From assembly GCF_006345805.1 (NCBI RefSeq), contig NC_042999.1, forward strand, positions 49,352,001 to 49,416,000: a stretch of DNA of 64,000 nt, given 5' to 3'. Of the stretch, positions 1 to 14,750 are shown piece by piece. Origin of the DNA: Octopus sinensis. Taxonomy: Eukaryota. The position numbers and the translations under genes are program-made. Position 1 is the stretch's first letter, and each line of letters opens with the position of its first letter. The notes below the pieces were generated by a model. It saw only the letters and a program-made list of their open reading frames with translations. It made no database searches and was not told the DNA's origin.

Positions 1-1124
1 GAGCAATATTATATATATATATATAAATATATAAACAAAAATGCTAGTTCTAAAATCTCTCTAAGAGATCAACGCTGTAGTTGTACTAACAAGTAATATT
101 CGTAACAGTAAATCGAAAGGTTTTACTTCTATTTTTAACCCCAAGAAGACATCTCCTCTAGCTGGTTGATCATGCCCAGCTGCAATATATCGCATGCAGC
201 TGTTACATGTGTGAATTACTTTGTAACATGTGTCATGCTTTCTCGAGTTATTTTGCCTATACAATCGCGAGCGTGTGTAGGCACCTTTTGATTCCCCTAC
301 CCTTGATTCAATAGAACATCGAAAATGTCAGAACTTGTCAAAGGTAAGGCGGCATCCGCACTCGGTTGGTATTTATTACAGCACTGTAGATTGATTTTAC
401 GTGAAATGAATATTCTTACTCCATAGTACAATTCATCGCTCTGTCCAGAAGTCAAACTCTTGACATTGTAATCCTGAGCTCAACATTTTTGCAATAGACT
501 ACACGACTTTGTCAGAACCTTGAAGGCAGTATTTGCCATTTTTGTTCTTATTTAGCGACTAGCCAGTGGCGGTCGAACAAATCAATGAGAAAGCACAATC
601 GAGAAATAATCACCCAATCTGTTTCAGGCCAGATGTTCTTCAGTTTATCAGATTATATTCCCTTAATAAATAGAATGCAAAATTTATTTATCTACTCCTA
701 TCCTCATCCCACATGCATACGCCATGAAACATTAGAGCAGTCAATAATGGAGTGGACGTAGAATTAGGAGATGTTAGTACCGAAAATATAACACAAGAGA
801 ATTGTCTTGGTTAATAAAGACTTCTTTTCCACTGATACACAATTTGGAGGCGAAACCTATTTTAGTTACTCGATAATGTTATTCAGCATCAACACAAGCC
901 CAATATTGGATATTGCAAAACATATTGATCCGGTAGACAGCGTCCTTTTTTAAGAATATAATTGTTACAACCTTCATAGTATGAATAATTATGAACAAAT
1001 ATTTACACTCCATCAAGTCGATGAATTGGGGGAGTCATTAGAGTGTTAGACAACGCTGTGGCGCATCAAGTGTTCTCAGAAACCGGGGTCAAAAATAAAT
1101 TTATCGATAAAATTGTTTTACACT

Positions 1125-1377
1125 TCTTTCCGCAGGCATATGGCGTAGTGATTAAGAGCGCCGGCTACTAACCCCAAGATTCCGGGTTCGATTCCAAGCA
1201 GTGACCTGAACAATAATAATAATAATAATAACTTCGAAAAATGCCTTAAGAATGAGAACGCAGGTTTGAAATTTCCCCAAGACACCTGAAGAAGGCTGGA
1301 GGGTATATCAGCCGAAACTTTGTGTTAACAACAAACAAAATGAGGACAAATATCCGTCGAATGTAAATAATTTAAAT
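1125..1377 (+). mobile_element. tRNA-derived SINE-like element with a hammerhead-ribozyme-bearing 3' part
   Basis: A-box-like TGGCGTAGTGA (1141) and B box GGTTCGATTCC (~1185), then (AAT)n, then an HHR motif at 1281-1326. Flanked by a 14-bp direct repeat AATTGTTTTACACT (1111-1124, 1378-1391). Confidence 0.75.
1281..1326 (+). ncRNA. Minimal type I hammerhead ribozyme motif (family H1)
   Basis: gacac-CTGAAGA-a-ggctg(gagggtatat)cagcc-GAAA-cttt-gtgtt. The copy at ~15703-15745 (-) has palindromic GAAACGTT. Confidence 0.65.
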
Positions 1378-2638
1378 AATTGTTTTACACTCCTTTATAA
1401 CTGATTCCGGAGATGGGAAGACCGCTCTCTTAATTCCGTTTCTTTGCCACATCTTTGTAATCCGAGTTGCATTCCCACTTCTTCTCATTAGTATTCAAGT
1501 CTAAGCCCCACCTAAGTCTTATTAGCCTTTCATCGTTTCGGGAATCGATAAAATAAAATATTAGGCAAGCACTGGCGTCAATAGTATCGACTCCTTGTTC
1601 CGCATCTCCCACAAATTGTTGACCTTCTGCCTGTTTTAGGAAACAATACCTACCTTCTTCGATTTTTATCCGTTTTCTTCACGCATACTACATACTGCGT
1701 GTGTGAAGGACAAAAAAAAACGAGAATGCAAGAAAGTAGATGACAATGAAAGTTCATTAACAAAGTTATCTAAATTAACTAATTGAATTCTAAATTCTAC
1801 AATGAAATACTAATCTTCGTTTTACATCATTTTTGTCTTTTATTTTGAAGACGTCTTTGGTGTCATAACATCATACGTGACGTATCGCTACTTGAATGAA
1901 ATAACCATTTTCTTTCAAATTATAATAATAGTGTTGGCAATATTCATGCATGACGTATTTGCTGCTCGATGAGACCTACTAATCTACCATCTGTAATTTA
2001 GCAAGTCGACATTAACTTATTCACGCTACATATCTCCAATTTGATTCGGCAATTGTAATGACCAAATCAATTACACAAATAGTAATCTTTGATAAAAGTC
2101 AAGGGCGCGCAATCAAGAACAAAGAAGCTTAAAGCAGCATTTCATTCACATATACTTAGAGGCAAAGCAGATCTAATCAGTCACTTTTATTGTAACAGGC
2201 AGGTCAAAAGAAGAAAGAAGAGAGGTTCAGCGCATGATATTAGCTTATCATTATGCGTTTGTCTATTATATACTATTAAGTTATTCTTAAGACTTGTAAT
2301 CGCATTACGAAAACCATGTCTCTCTCACCTCTTGCTCCTGTGAAAATAATGCGCACTTTATGATTGCTTTCTGACACCGGAGAGTTTACACATCTTCCAC
2401 AATTTGATTGATAACCTAGCTTCTTTCATAATGTTGCTTAATGTTTCTATGATAAATGTATACGAAAGTATGTGGAGAACAGGGCAATTGGATTGCAAAG
2501 CTGGCTCATCCTTATGATAATACATGGGGCTCTTATGATACTCTCTTGAACTTCAAACTTAGAAAATTATAATGCAGGAAATTTAAAGACATCATAACTA
2601 ACAAATCTTCATTCCCACCCTCTGACTCCTTTAACTAT

Positions 2639-3303
<665 letters not shown>

Positions 3304-3309
3304 ATATTG

Positions 3310-3545
3310 TTTTATTGTTTTATTTGTTTCAGTCATATGACTGCGCCCATGCTGGAGCACCGCCTTTAGTCAAGCATATCGACTACATGTCTTAGTACTC
3401 AGTTCAAATCGACCACAGGACCTACTACTTATTCTATCGGTTTCTTTTGCCGAACAACTAAGATACGGGAACGTAAACACACCAGTATCTGTTGTCAAGC
3501 GATGCTGGTTGACAAACCCAGACACAAACATGTACTCACACACAA
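3310..3545 (-). mobile_element. SINE family B, 3' half
   Basis: Reverse complement of the family B tail (tttcagtca...gctggagcaccgcctttagtc). Confidence 0.8.
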
Positions 3546-3554
3546 AGATATATG

Positions 3555-3591
<37 letters not shown>

Positions 3592-4630
3592 TTGTGTGTA
3601 TCTTTGTGTTTTTATACACACACATATATATATTTGCGTGTGTGTGCATGTATTTGTGTCAGTAAATTGGATTATTTCATAATTGGCGATGAGTATGCCT
3701 GGCAAACACCCGCTGCATGAAATCTTTACGTATGACAGAATAAGCCTATTGACCAATAGATATATTCACTAGAATACACAGAGGTGGAAACTGAGTACAT
3801 TGCGCCTTCTACAGCATCCAAGTTCCCTGGTTATACCCAGTGTATCAGCAAAAAAAAATCCAAAGACGTTAGCTTCATATTTGGAGATCTGAATATACCA
3901 TGTATTAATTTATGTACGAGAAAAAGAAAACGAAAGCGGAGAAACTGATATATAGTCATCAACGTATTAGAACATAATACAATCCTGAACAATATCAAAC
4001 TGAATTTCACCTACAATCGTTTCTATGCCCAATTAAAACAATTTGAGAAATCAAGTTAAATTAAATTGAATTAAATTTCTATATGCAATATTTGGGTATT
4101 TCATCAGGGGAATAATTTGATAGAAAGGAGCTACATTCTGTTGTGTTGTTTGACCATTGATAGACTTGGATATGTGCGTTTCAGCAATCAATGCATTTTT
4201 TAAAAAACCGTTACTTATATATATGTAACTGCAAAGTTAATTCAATTGTGCGCATGCGTGTATAATGTGTTGAAAGAGCAAAAAAGAAACTGTTAATTAG
4301 CTTAAAAGATATTTCGATAGAAGTTAAAAACATTATTCTTAAGTTACACTATTACTTAAGATAGATCGAATTGTCATTAAAGTATTTAATCACTTAAGAA
4401 ACTTAACTATAAGTCACCCAGTTGCAATCTAGAAATTATAGTTAAATAATAAATTATTATTATTATGATTTTCTGTTTTAAAAACCATAGTTACATATAA
4501 GTAATATTTTCCTTGCGTATTTGTGTCTGTAAATCAAATAGCAGAATATTACATCATCAATATATGGGTACAATATATTTGTTTACATATTTTGAACAGA
4601 TAAACAAAAGTAAAGCTAATATATTCACTA

Positions 4631-5215
4631 CTTAAGGCGGCGAGCTGGCAGAATCGTTAGCACGCCGGGCGAAATGCGTAGCCGTATTTCGTCTGCCGTT
4701 ACGCTCTGAGTTCAAATTCCGCCGAGGTCGACTTTGCCTTTCATCCTCTCGGGGGTCGATAAATTAAGTACCAGTTACGCACTGGAGTCGATGTAATCGA
4801 CTTAATCCGTTTGTCTGTCCTTGTTTGTCCCCTCTGTGTTTGGCCCCTTGTGGGTAGTAAAGAAATAGGTATTTCGTTTGTCGCTACGTTCTGAGTTCAA
4901 TTTCCGTCGAAGTTGACTTTGCCTTTCATCCTTTCAGGGTCGATAAATTAAGTACCAGTTACGCACTGGGGTCGATATAACCGACTTAATCCGTTTGTCT
5001 GTCCTTGTTTGTCCTCTCTGTGTTTAGCCCCTCGTGGGTAGTAAAGAAATAGGTATTTCGTCTGTAGCTATGTTCTGAGTTCAATTTCCACCGAAGTCGA
5101 CTTTGCCTTTCATCGTTTCTGGGTCGATAAATTAAGTAACAGTTGCGTACAGGGTACGATCGAATCGACTGGCCCCCTCCCCGAAAATTTCGGGCTTTAT
5201 GCCTAGAGTAGAAAA
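4631..5215 (+). mobile_element. tRNA-derived SINE family A (GGCGGCGAGCTGGCAGAA head) with three tandem body units
   Basis: B box GAGTTCAAATTCC. ~184-bp units start near 4684, 4869 and 5053. TSD TAATATATTCACTA (4617-4630, 5216-5229). Confidence 0.85.
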
Positions 5216-8200
5216 TAATATATTCACTAGTAAGAAATATTACCTATGTTAAACATAAGCTGGTTGCGATAGATTAAGTGATACAACCATAAATTATAAT
5301 GAAACATTTACATAACTGTTGTATTGGAGTGTAGAGACTTACGATAAATTTATGTAGAACATTTTTCTAATTATTACAAAGAATAATATATGAAAAATTC
5401 CATAAACTTCCATATACTTGATAGCTTCTTAAGACTGATTGAATAAAGTTGTCGTCACACCTGAACACTTGCAACAGAGAAGATTGCTGTATTGGTGCCC
5501 AGCACACCAGGTGGTTGTGCTAAACCAGGTTACCGTTTAAAGTCTAAGAGCCAAGGTGACCACCATGGAATTTTAACTTAGATTACAAAGAAACGCAATA
5601 GATGCGGTAAAGTATCCGGTCTCGCGCTCCTGAAGATTCGACACGCTTCCATACCTGATTGATGCTGTATTTATCAACTCCGAAATGATGAAAATATATG
5701 TTGGCCTCCGCAAAAACAGAACTATAAATAAATGCGGCGAAACATTCTATTCAGCGCTCTAACGGTTCTGCCAATTTGCTGCCAATGATATAAAAATGTA
5801 TTGAGCATAAAGGAACTCGAGATATAAGGAAAATAATTTGTACAGCGCAAACACGATGATATCTAATACCTGGAAAGCAGTCTAAAACTACATTGCGATA
5901 TATTTGATGAATTGCTGCAGTTTAGTTCATGTTTTATCGCCTCGTAAGGTATGATGGACTATACTGATTTGAACACGGGGATCTGAAGGCAAGTTAAATA
6001 TTGTTAGTTATAATTACGCAATCAACCGTTTCTTTTACCTTTCCATCCTTGAAACAGCGCCAAGATGATATTTGCTTCAACAATTATTATCAATTGAAAC
6101 GTTTGTGAAGACAAAGGAAAGCAGTAATTACAAACAGAATTCAAACAGAAATCAACCACCTAACAACAACAACAGCAACAACAAACTCAACATTTTTATA
6201 ACGTAGAAGCATTTAACTATGACAAATAGTGTATTTCAAATCAAAAGTTAGTAGAATTACGGATCAACGATTACTAAATGTACAAACTGTATGAAGCCAA
6301 ATTAACAGAATGAGTCAAAAAAGATTTATAGAAACCACAAAGAATGAAAAAGCAAACCCAGAATGCAGGAAATTGATAATGAACAGAGTTAGAAAATAAA
6401 TGAATTACTGAATTCAATGGTGTTGACTGTATCGTTATAATCCTACTATTCTATAACCCAGTATATTAGCGAATCATGTTTGATAATGCGTGCAGTTTTC
6501 GAAAATAAGAAATGTTATTTTAAATCATAGATTTAAGAAAAAAGAGGGAAATAATTAAGAAACCAACTAGAATGATAAAGAGAATATTGAATGTATTCAT
6601 GAAATAAAACCATGATGAATACACGTAAATTACGTTGAACGAATGAAAATCCAGTCGGTTAGTATAATTGTTAGAGCGTTGAGCATATTACCATGTTGTA
6701 TTTAGTTTCTTTCCTTTGAGTTCCTTTATTTTAAACTCCATCGAAGCCAACTTTATGTTTTCATTCTTCAGAGTCGATGAATTAACTACTGGAGGAACTA
6801 CATAAACAGATTGGTGCCAAGAAAGTTTACTTTTTACTATTATCATGTAACTGATGAAGAAGATATAAAGGCAAGCGCGCCCCTCTTATTGAAGTAACGG
6901 TTAAGTTGTATACGAGTGGAAATTTTACTTAAGAGTTTATTATCAACGTAAAAGAGTTCGGGAGGGGACATTATATTTGAGTAAAAATGAGTAAACTGAA
7001 TCTGTATAGAAGCACGTCAGGAAGTAAGTATTTACAGTTGAAATATGCAGTCTTATTGCATTGAGTTTTGCTGATTCCACTTGAGAATTATGCTATCAGT
7101 ATATGTGCCTGTGGAATACTCAGCCATAGTGGGTCGTACATCGAAACTGGCTGCAGAATCCATAATACATGATGCAGAGACAACAGTCGAAAACTAATGA
7201 GACTGACGAGCGTCTTGCATGTTTTACGGTTGGAAATCAAATCCTATGTTTATTGCTTAAGCAGGTCTTGATTCCGTTGGAGTACTTCAAGCAGACATAT
7301 TCATATGGTCACGTGATCTATCCCACAAGATCTCACATCTGAAACAGTTAAAAACTATCTTGTTATTATTTTGGAGTGTCGTGTGAAATATATAATATAT
7401 GCCCAAAGAATTGAATTAGAATGTTTAAAATGGAGCTTGGAGCTTAAATAGGACTATAATTAGAGTGAAGACTCATAAATGGAAGATATTGAGTTTTGAT
7501 TGAAGACCAATTGGGTTGGATACGTGAGAACATATGTTTATGCTTTATGCTACCAACCTCATCCACTCGGATATTTAATGGAGTTATATAAAAAACAACA
7601 ACACAATAGAACTAGAGAACAATGACAATGCGACATAGAAACATTAACATAAGCCAACGAAAGTCAAAAATAATATAGCAGCTGAGAATTCTTTTACATG
7701 TAGCGTAACAAATAACAACCTACAGACAATGAAGCAACAGCAACAACAATTGCAATGCCGATGATAAGCAGAACATAGACATTTAAGAAACAAAACATGC
7801 TAAACATAAAAAAAGAACATCAAACGTTATGTAAATCTACGGTTATTCCCTCAATGCAAAGTATATGTCAGGAATATCTTTTGTTATCTTGATGGTTGTT
7901 ATTGTTGTTCATGTTCTTGCTTTAACTCAGTTTTGTGGCTTTTATTCTCCTCTAATCAATGTTGCAGCCGATTTTGTTTATACCGTCAAGTTTAAATTCT
8001 ATACAGCATAAGTGAGCAGGAATGAACAGTGTGAAAATACAGGAGAGAACATTTTCAAACTTTATATATATATATATATAATATATATATATATATATGT
8101 CTCATTCTCTCTTGCCTTCTCTCTCTGTGTTTTCTCTATCTATGTCTCCCGCCATCTCGTATATTTTATTGCATAATGTTCAAAAAAAAAAGAAAGAAAT

Positions 8201-9584
8201 CAATGAATTGTTTGGCATTGTGTTAACTTCAGAAACTAAGTCATCGAAATTCACTTTAGTTGCAGCTCCTAGAATGTTTGAAGCTGTTTTCGTTGCAGTC
8301 ATTTTTTTTTCTTTTTTACTTTGGTATTGGCATAGACAGTGATATTATTGTTACATTTGTTGCTCTGGCTGGCTTTAAAATTTCTCTAACTGCTAGCCAT
8401 TTTTTCTCTTTGTTTTCGTGATGTTATCGGTTCATATTGGCTCTTCTTGTAGATATCTATTGTGTTAGACATATAACTATAACCTCTGGCGAAATGGCCA
8501 TTTAACACACTCCTGCGTTTAGTATATTTGCTACTAGTCAGTGACACACTGTTAGGTGATCCTTCATTTTTGAACAATACCAGAAACTGTGTCTATAGCA
8601 TAAGGCATTGTTCTCATCGATCATTCTCGGACATCGAATCAACTAACTGATCAGTGCGGCCTACACTTGGTAGAAAATATCCTTAATCTACGATAGTTAT
8701 CTCTAAGACAATCATTTCCGATAATTCAAAATATTCCAAGTAGTTTTCAAATAATGGCACTGCTAAAGGGAAGACAAATGTCCCTACCTTGAACATCTGG
8801 CAAAAGTTACTATGCCTATAACTGGATTTTCTTTAAAAAAAAATCATGATCTGGGATTATACATCAATCATGCCTTAAAAACAACTAACAGAGAAACAAA
8901 ACAAGTTCTCCTGCAACACATCACCAGGACGTTTTCACGAATCACAAACTGCAGAATTATGTCTTGACATTGTTAAAAATTATTTATCAAATTTTAAAAT
9001 TACATCTAACCATCCAAGATGAGAATGTAAGCAGACACATCGAAAAAGCCTACACAACTGTGTTTTATTGATTTTAAATTTACGCTGCACAACCACAATC
9101 AAACGCATCCAAAGAACCACTTTCTATATTATTTCCCATCGACATTTACACATAATTGCCAGTTCCTAAACCTTCTATGATAGTCGAAACCCTATAGCAT
9201 AGGCGGTACTGATATTATTGCTTCAAATGCCCTTAAATATTGCTCTCTGTAGGGACGTCTGTCCACACCAAACTCTTCGATGTCTGCATAGTTCGCAGCA
9301 AGGGCAATATTTCTAACCATACCATCCACCAACACATCGACTGCACTTGCAAAATCCCTAATGTATTTTTATAGTTAATAGCTAAATGTCAATACTAGGA
9401 ACTCTAGCCAGAGGCCTCTAAGGCAGTTAGTGAAAAAAATGTTATAGGAAAGCAGGAGACATGCAACTTCAAAAGTATTGCAATAGTGTAACATTTCATT
9501 TTCTAGTTAATGTAATGTGTTTGTCGTAATAAATAATACTAAATCAATGCTACAATCTCAATAAATTAACGATATGTGAATGTG

Positions 9585-9663
9585 AACTCAGAACGTAGCG
9601 GCAGGCGAAAAACCGCTAAGCATTTCGCCCAGCGTGCTAACGATTCTGCCAGCTCGTCGCCTT
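9585..9663 (-). mobile_element. SINE family A 5' fragment
   Basis: aactcagaacgtag...ctgccagctcgtcgcc is the reverse complement of the family A head. Confidence 0.75.
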
Positions 9664-10622
9664 ATATAACAAAATATAATTCAGCAGACTATTGATCAAA
9701 TTGCTTTGGGAAGGCACCAGCTCGTCTTACTTATCTTAGGAATAATGCATCTAGGACTGCATTACTCAAAATGTTCGGCTTTCAAGCGCCTACGTTCGTA
9801 GTTTCTGCGAGCATCTAGCGCAGTTCCAGGACATTTACAACCAAATTTTTGCATATCATCTAAATTATCCCAAATGCATCAAATGATAGCTAAGATATAA
9901 TCTTAGTTCAACTTAAGAGAAATATTACCCAAAAGTGTAACAAATCAAACCCTATTTCTTCGAAATAAAGGACTTAATAATGTATTCCTCGATTCACTAT
10001 AGTTAGAGAGAAAGTCGGGAAGGTCTCGGCTGGAATGTGTTTAATTATAGACTTGCTCTTTTAGAATTCACTTTAGACTAAACAATAATATGTATATACG
10101 TCCGGCAGAATTTGTTGTCACGCAGCACCGACGATCGATAAATATTTAAAACAAAAACAGACATTTTCAGCATAATTGAAAAGAGCTTGAAACGAAAACA
10201 TTTAGGTCAATTAATGCACAGTTTTAAAATAGTTAAATAAAAACTAATTTTTGTAAACTCATACAAAAGGGTAGAATTTTTTAAAATCCTATTGTAAAGT
10301 ATTTCAGCATTCGTGTCGGAGAGATGCAACGAATTAAGCGTATACAAATTGAAACATATAGGCATAAATACCCATACACACATATTAATAAAACTATGTT
10401 TTTAATAAGTTCAAAGGAAAACTTTTTACACAAACTCTGACTCGCACACAAACATATACAGGCATAGAAAAGTATATATTTGCATGCATAAATTTATATC
10501 TTTTTAAGCATAAATAAAACTGTGCGCACAGAAATGCATATTATGCATCATCATGGAAACATGTTCAGTAGAAATTATATATATAAATGTTATATATATA
10601 TATGTGTGTGTGTGTATCAATG

Positions 10623-10668
<46 letters not shown>

Positions 10669-10722
10669 ATATATATATAATATATATATATATATATACA
10701 TATGTTTGTATATCTATGTATT

Positions 10723-10758
<36 letters not shown>

Positions 10759-10900
10759 TACATACATACATATAGACATTTAAACTTCGGTTTATGGATA
10801 CCAAATTTTTTGAGGAATGTGCATACATATATTTATATTCGTATATGTGTGTGCGTGCGCGCGTGTGAGTATGGGGTATGTTTATATTTATGTATGTATG

Positions 10901-10975
<75 letters not shown>

Positions 10976-11700
10976 TACATGTATATATACTCCTACGTGT
11001 TTCTACTTTTATCTGCATACATAATATACGCATATATACATTATGTCTGTGAGCGTATGAGTGTATGTGTGTGCGTGTTTGTGTATGCGCCCGCGCACGC
11101 AAGTATACCTTCTGTTGATGTGGATTTTAAAATTTAGGAAGGCTGGACATCAAATATGCCGCATAGTATGAATATGGAATATTCACATCGAGCTACTTTG
11201 TGAGGTATGTTTTGGTGATTATTCACCTTGTCAAGTTAAATTACCTTCAAAATGCAATACTGGAGAAATATAAGATGGGATGTTTAATTACATGCCAGGA
11301 GCTATAATAGTAACTCATGAAACTATGAAGTATAATTTCACTTCATGAAAGTAAGTTATTTTATTATAGAAAGTGTTCTATGACTTAAAGGTAGTCGGTG
11401 ATATAACTTTATATCTATGTAGATTAGACAGGCTGGAACAGATAGATCATGGCTTGCCACATAAAGTACTATATTTCCTATTTCTGTATATATATATCTA
11501 CTAAAGGACTAAGGGCATGTATGTGATAGTTAATCCACGCAAATTATATTACGGCACTCTAGAACATGATATTTTTGCAGTACCTTTCTAAGGCAGATAT
11601 ATTTCTTCTTGATATCTCAGGTAACGTCTTGGTTCCTGTCTACTCTTTTATTGATTCATATGCCAACCCACCACAATGTAGCAATTGCTATATATATATA

Positions 11701-11874
11701 TGACACTCCGTCGATTACGACCGCGAGGATTGCAGTTGGTCTGATCAACAACCTGCTCGCGAAATCAACGTGCAAGTGTCTGAGCACTCCACAAACATAT
11801 CTACACTTAACGCAGTTCTCAGAGAGATTCAGCGTCAGAATGAGTGTAAGGCTGGCCCTTTGAAAGACAGGTAC
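11701..11874 (+). mobile_element. Interspersed repeat, probable SINE body (degenerate copies near 7060-7130 and 46250-46300 on -)
   Basis: GC-richer block ctgagcactccaca...gttctcagagagattcagc, with diverged reverse-complement matches elsewhere in the window. Confidence 0.5.
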
Positions 11875-11911
11875 ATACACACACACACACACACCACACA
11901 CACACACATAT

Positions 11912-11985
<74 letters not shown>

Positions 11986-11994
11986 GTATATATG

Positions 11995-12147
11995 TATGAT
12001 GGTCTTCTTTCAGTTTCAGTCAACCAAATCCACTAACAAGGCTTTGGTTGGTCCAAGGTTATAGTAGAAGACACTTGCTAAAAGTTCGACGCTGTCTGAC
12101 TGAACCCAGTTCCATTTGTTTACGGAGCAAGCTTTCTTACCACACAT
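11995..12147 (-). mobile_element. SINE family B, 5' half
   Basis: cttctttcagtttc...atagtagaagacacttg...cttaccacac. Confidence 0.75.
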
Positions 12148-13489
12148 CCTTACATTCATACATACATAGCACACACACACACACGTGCTCACACACGTAT
12201 ACACACACATGTATATAGGTATGTATTCTGAGCTTAGTTGTATAACCGCCTTTTGCGCAGTAAAAGATTGCAACACAGTCACCAAAACAGGTAGCTATGC
12301 AACGCGATAACATATGGTAATTTTTCAATATCTAGTCCATGGTATTGTATATCTGAGATCCGGCCTTATCCTAGTGTCCGCAAGAGGTTAAAAAACTAAT
12401 AATTGGCTCTGTAAGGCATCAGGTCTTTTGATACAGGCCATATTACTGCATTTACTTACGAGCAATTTCATTTCTATAGAAGATATCACCGTGACTTAGC
12501 AATTTTTCCTCCCTTTTGGATACACTTTTTTGTTTTCTAATTGTAAGATACAAAATCGTAATGTAATAAATATCGAAAATTGGTTAAAAAGTATAGATAT
12601 GACGTTTGTTGTGGCTCCGAGATGTGATATTACGATTTTGTTTCACAGCATTATAGTTCATGCATAGACCCACTTTAACTGTTCTCAGCATTTGTAATTG
12701 TATATTAAATTGTTATATTATATTTTCAAAACATTATATTGATACAAATGTACTTATACAGTAATTTTAAATTTGATTAGTCTATTTATATTGCTGTGAC
12801 TTGTTTTAAGACATTAACAAAATAATGTATTTTTTTTAGCAACTGTATAAACCCAATTGCACTCAACATTATTGTGAACGCTTGTGCAGTTGAAACACTT
12901 GAGCAGCTATGTGCGTTCCCATGACGTGATACTTTGGTCAATGGCATCTTCAAATAAAATAAGAACTTTTTTGGTGAATGACCTCGCTTTTCAATCTTCT
13001 TAATTTCCATGGTTTGTAAAATGTAATGCAATTAGCAATACGGTGAGTTCGTGATCTGAGATTAAGCTATTTTTACATTGTATTGTTTTGTATTAGATTG
13101 ATACTAGTGTCACGAGGCCGTGATGTTAGCTTCAGCTGCTATTCTTCATATCACTGTAGTATAAGAACAGAAGTGGGGAACCTGCGGCCTTCTGAAAGAA
13201 ATGCGTTGAGGAGAAAACAATTGTACTGACATTTATTTTCATTGGTTTAATTACGTTTATAGTGAAACTTTCCAACTAATTGTTAACTTCAAAAATATAC
13301 ATTTATATTTTTATTCACACTTGTAATTACTGAGCGAAGACAGAATGCATGTTCTTGTTTTGTCGATGGTAATGTTACCAAACTTCATGTTAACTTCTCA
13401 ATCAAACTAACAAATGATCTCTTATGATGTATTTCACTCTTCCATCAAATTTTGATTTCAAAATGCAAAGATACCAGGCAGATAGTGTT

Positions 13490-13729
13490 TCTTATTTCTT
13501 TACTACTCACAAGGGGCTACACTCAGGGGGGACAAACAAGAACAAACAAACGAATTAAGTCGATTATATTAACCTCAGTGCGTAACTGGAACTTATTTAA
13601 TCGACCCCGAAAGGATGAAAGACAAAGTCGACCTCGGCGTAATTTGAACTCAGAACGTAGCAGCAGACGAAATACCGCTCAGCATTTCGCCCGGTGTGCT
13701 AACGTTTCTGCCAGCTCGCCGCCAATACA
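13490..13729 (-). mobile_element. SINE family A, full length
   Basis: Reverse complement of 4634-4868. TSD CAGATAGTGTT (13479-13489, 13730-13740). Confidence 0.85.
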
Positions 13730-14224
13730 CAGATAGTGTTGTGTGTATTTAACTAAATATTCCTTATTTCTTAGTCATTCTTCGTACACTAAAGAAACAC
13801 TCTGCATGTATTAGACAAGGTTTCCTCATTTTATTTACTGCGGGTTTCCAAATGTCTTTTACAATACATCCTTATATTAACGAATGTACAAAACATAACA
13901 AAACAAAAAGATGCATTTCTATGAGATGGTCAGTCCAGTAAAGAAAAAGGAATTATTTCCAATATCTAAAATATCTTATAATGGGACTCTCAAAATATAG
14001 TTTTAAGTGAAAACAATCATGGCATGAAATGTACAATGCCTGTATAGATCTCTCGTTATATATCAGATATCACAAAATATTTTGAAAATTGTGTCAAACG
14101 CTCATTATAATCACGCATGCGAAAGGCAGGAATAGATCAAATTGTGTGAATGAAGATAGTAATTAATTGTAGTTAGTGTTTCGCCTAGGATTTCAGTAAT
14201 TCTGGAGGGAAAAGCTATCATAGC

Positions 14225-14750
14225 TACGAAATAGAAATTATCCTTTTTGTTCTGCCTTTTACCCCCCAACGCGGCGTATAGGCCACTTGTAATTGAATTC
14301 CATGTCGCATAATTTTTCGCTTCTGTACTTATACTCTGCCATGAAAGACCCCCTCTAGTTCCTTTTGTGTTGATCTACGCCATGAGTTCTTAGGCCTACT
14401 TCTCTTTCTATATCCACCCGGTTTCCACTGTAAAGCACTTTTCGCTACATTTGGTGTTTCTTTCCTAATTGTGCTACCAATCCACTTCTACTTTTTCTTA
14501 AATATTTGCTCCCCATTCGAAGCTTGATTTGTTCTTTGCCATAGCTCCATATTGCTAATGTGTTCGGGCCATCTAATTTTAAGTATACTACGCAAGCATC
14601 TGTTGATGAATGATTATATTTGCTTATTTGACTTAACTGTTCTTCGCTATGTCTTATCCTTTGGTAGACGAATAAAATTATTCGAAAGGAATTCCTCAAC
14701 TTTGTGACATCTTGTGAATCGAAATTTGTACAATCCATTACCAATGTTGT
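14225..14750 (-). pseudogene. Degenerate RTE-clade LINE 3' end (post-RT C-terminus)
   Basis: Minus-strand translation with frameshifts gives RCLRSILKIRWPEHISNMELWQRT...KWIGSTIRK...ALQWKPGGYRKRSRPKNSWRR, typical of RTE ORF C-termini. Confidence 0.7.

Noticed and set aside
612-645. CTGAAGA...GAAAC on the minus strand, hammerhead-like spacing
   Set aside because: The intervening acatctggcct cannot form stem II and there is no stem I; likely chance.
1135-1206. Possible tRNA gene
   Set aside because: Acceptor and anticodon stems pair poorly, and it is embedded in a TSD-flanked repeat, so it is a SINE head.
4684-5215. Regularly spaced repeats as a CRISPR-like array
   Set aside because: The units are ~184-bp SINE bodies without unique spacers, in a eukaryotic context with no cas genes.
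8600-9430. Possible very old LINE remnant
   Set aside because: No motif could be read convincingly in any frame.
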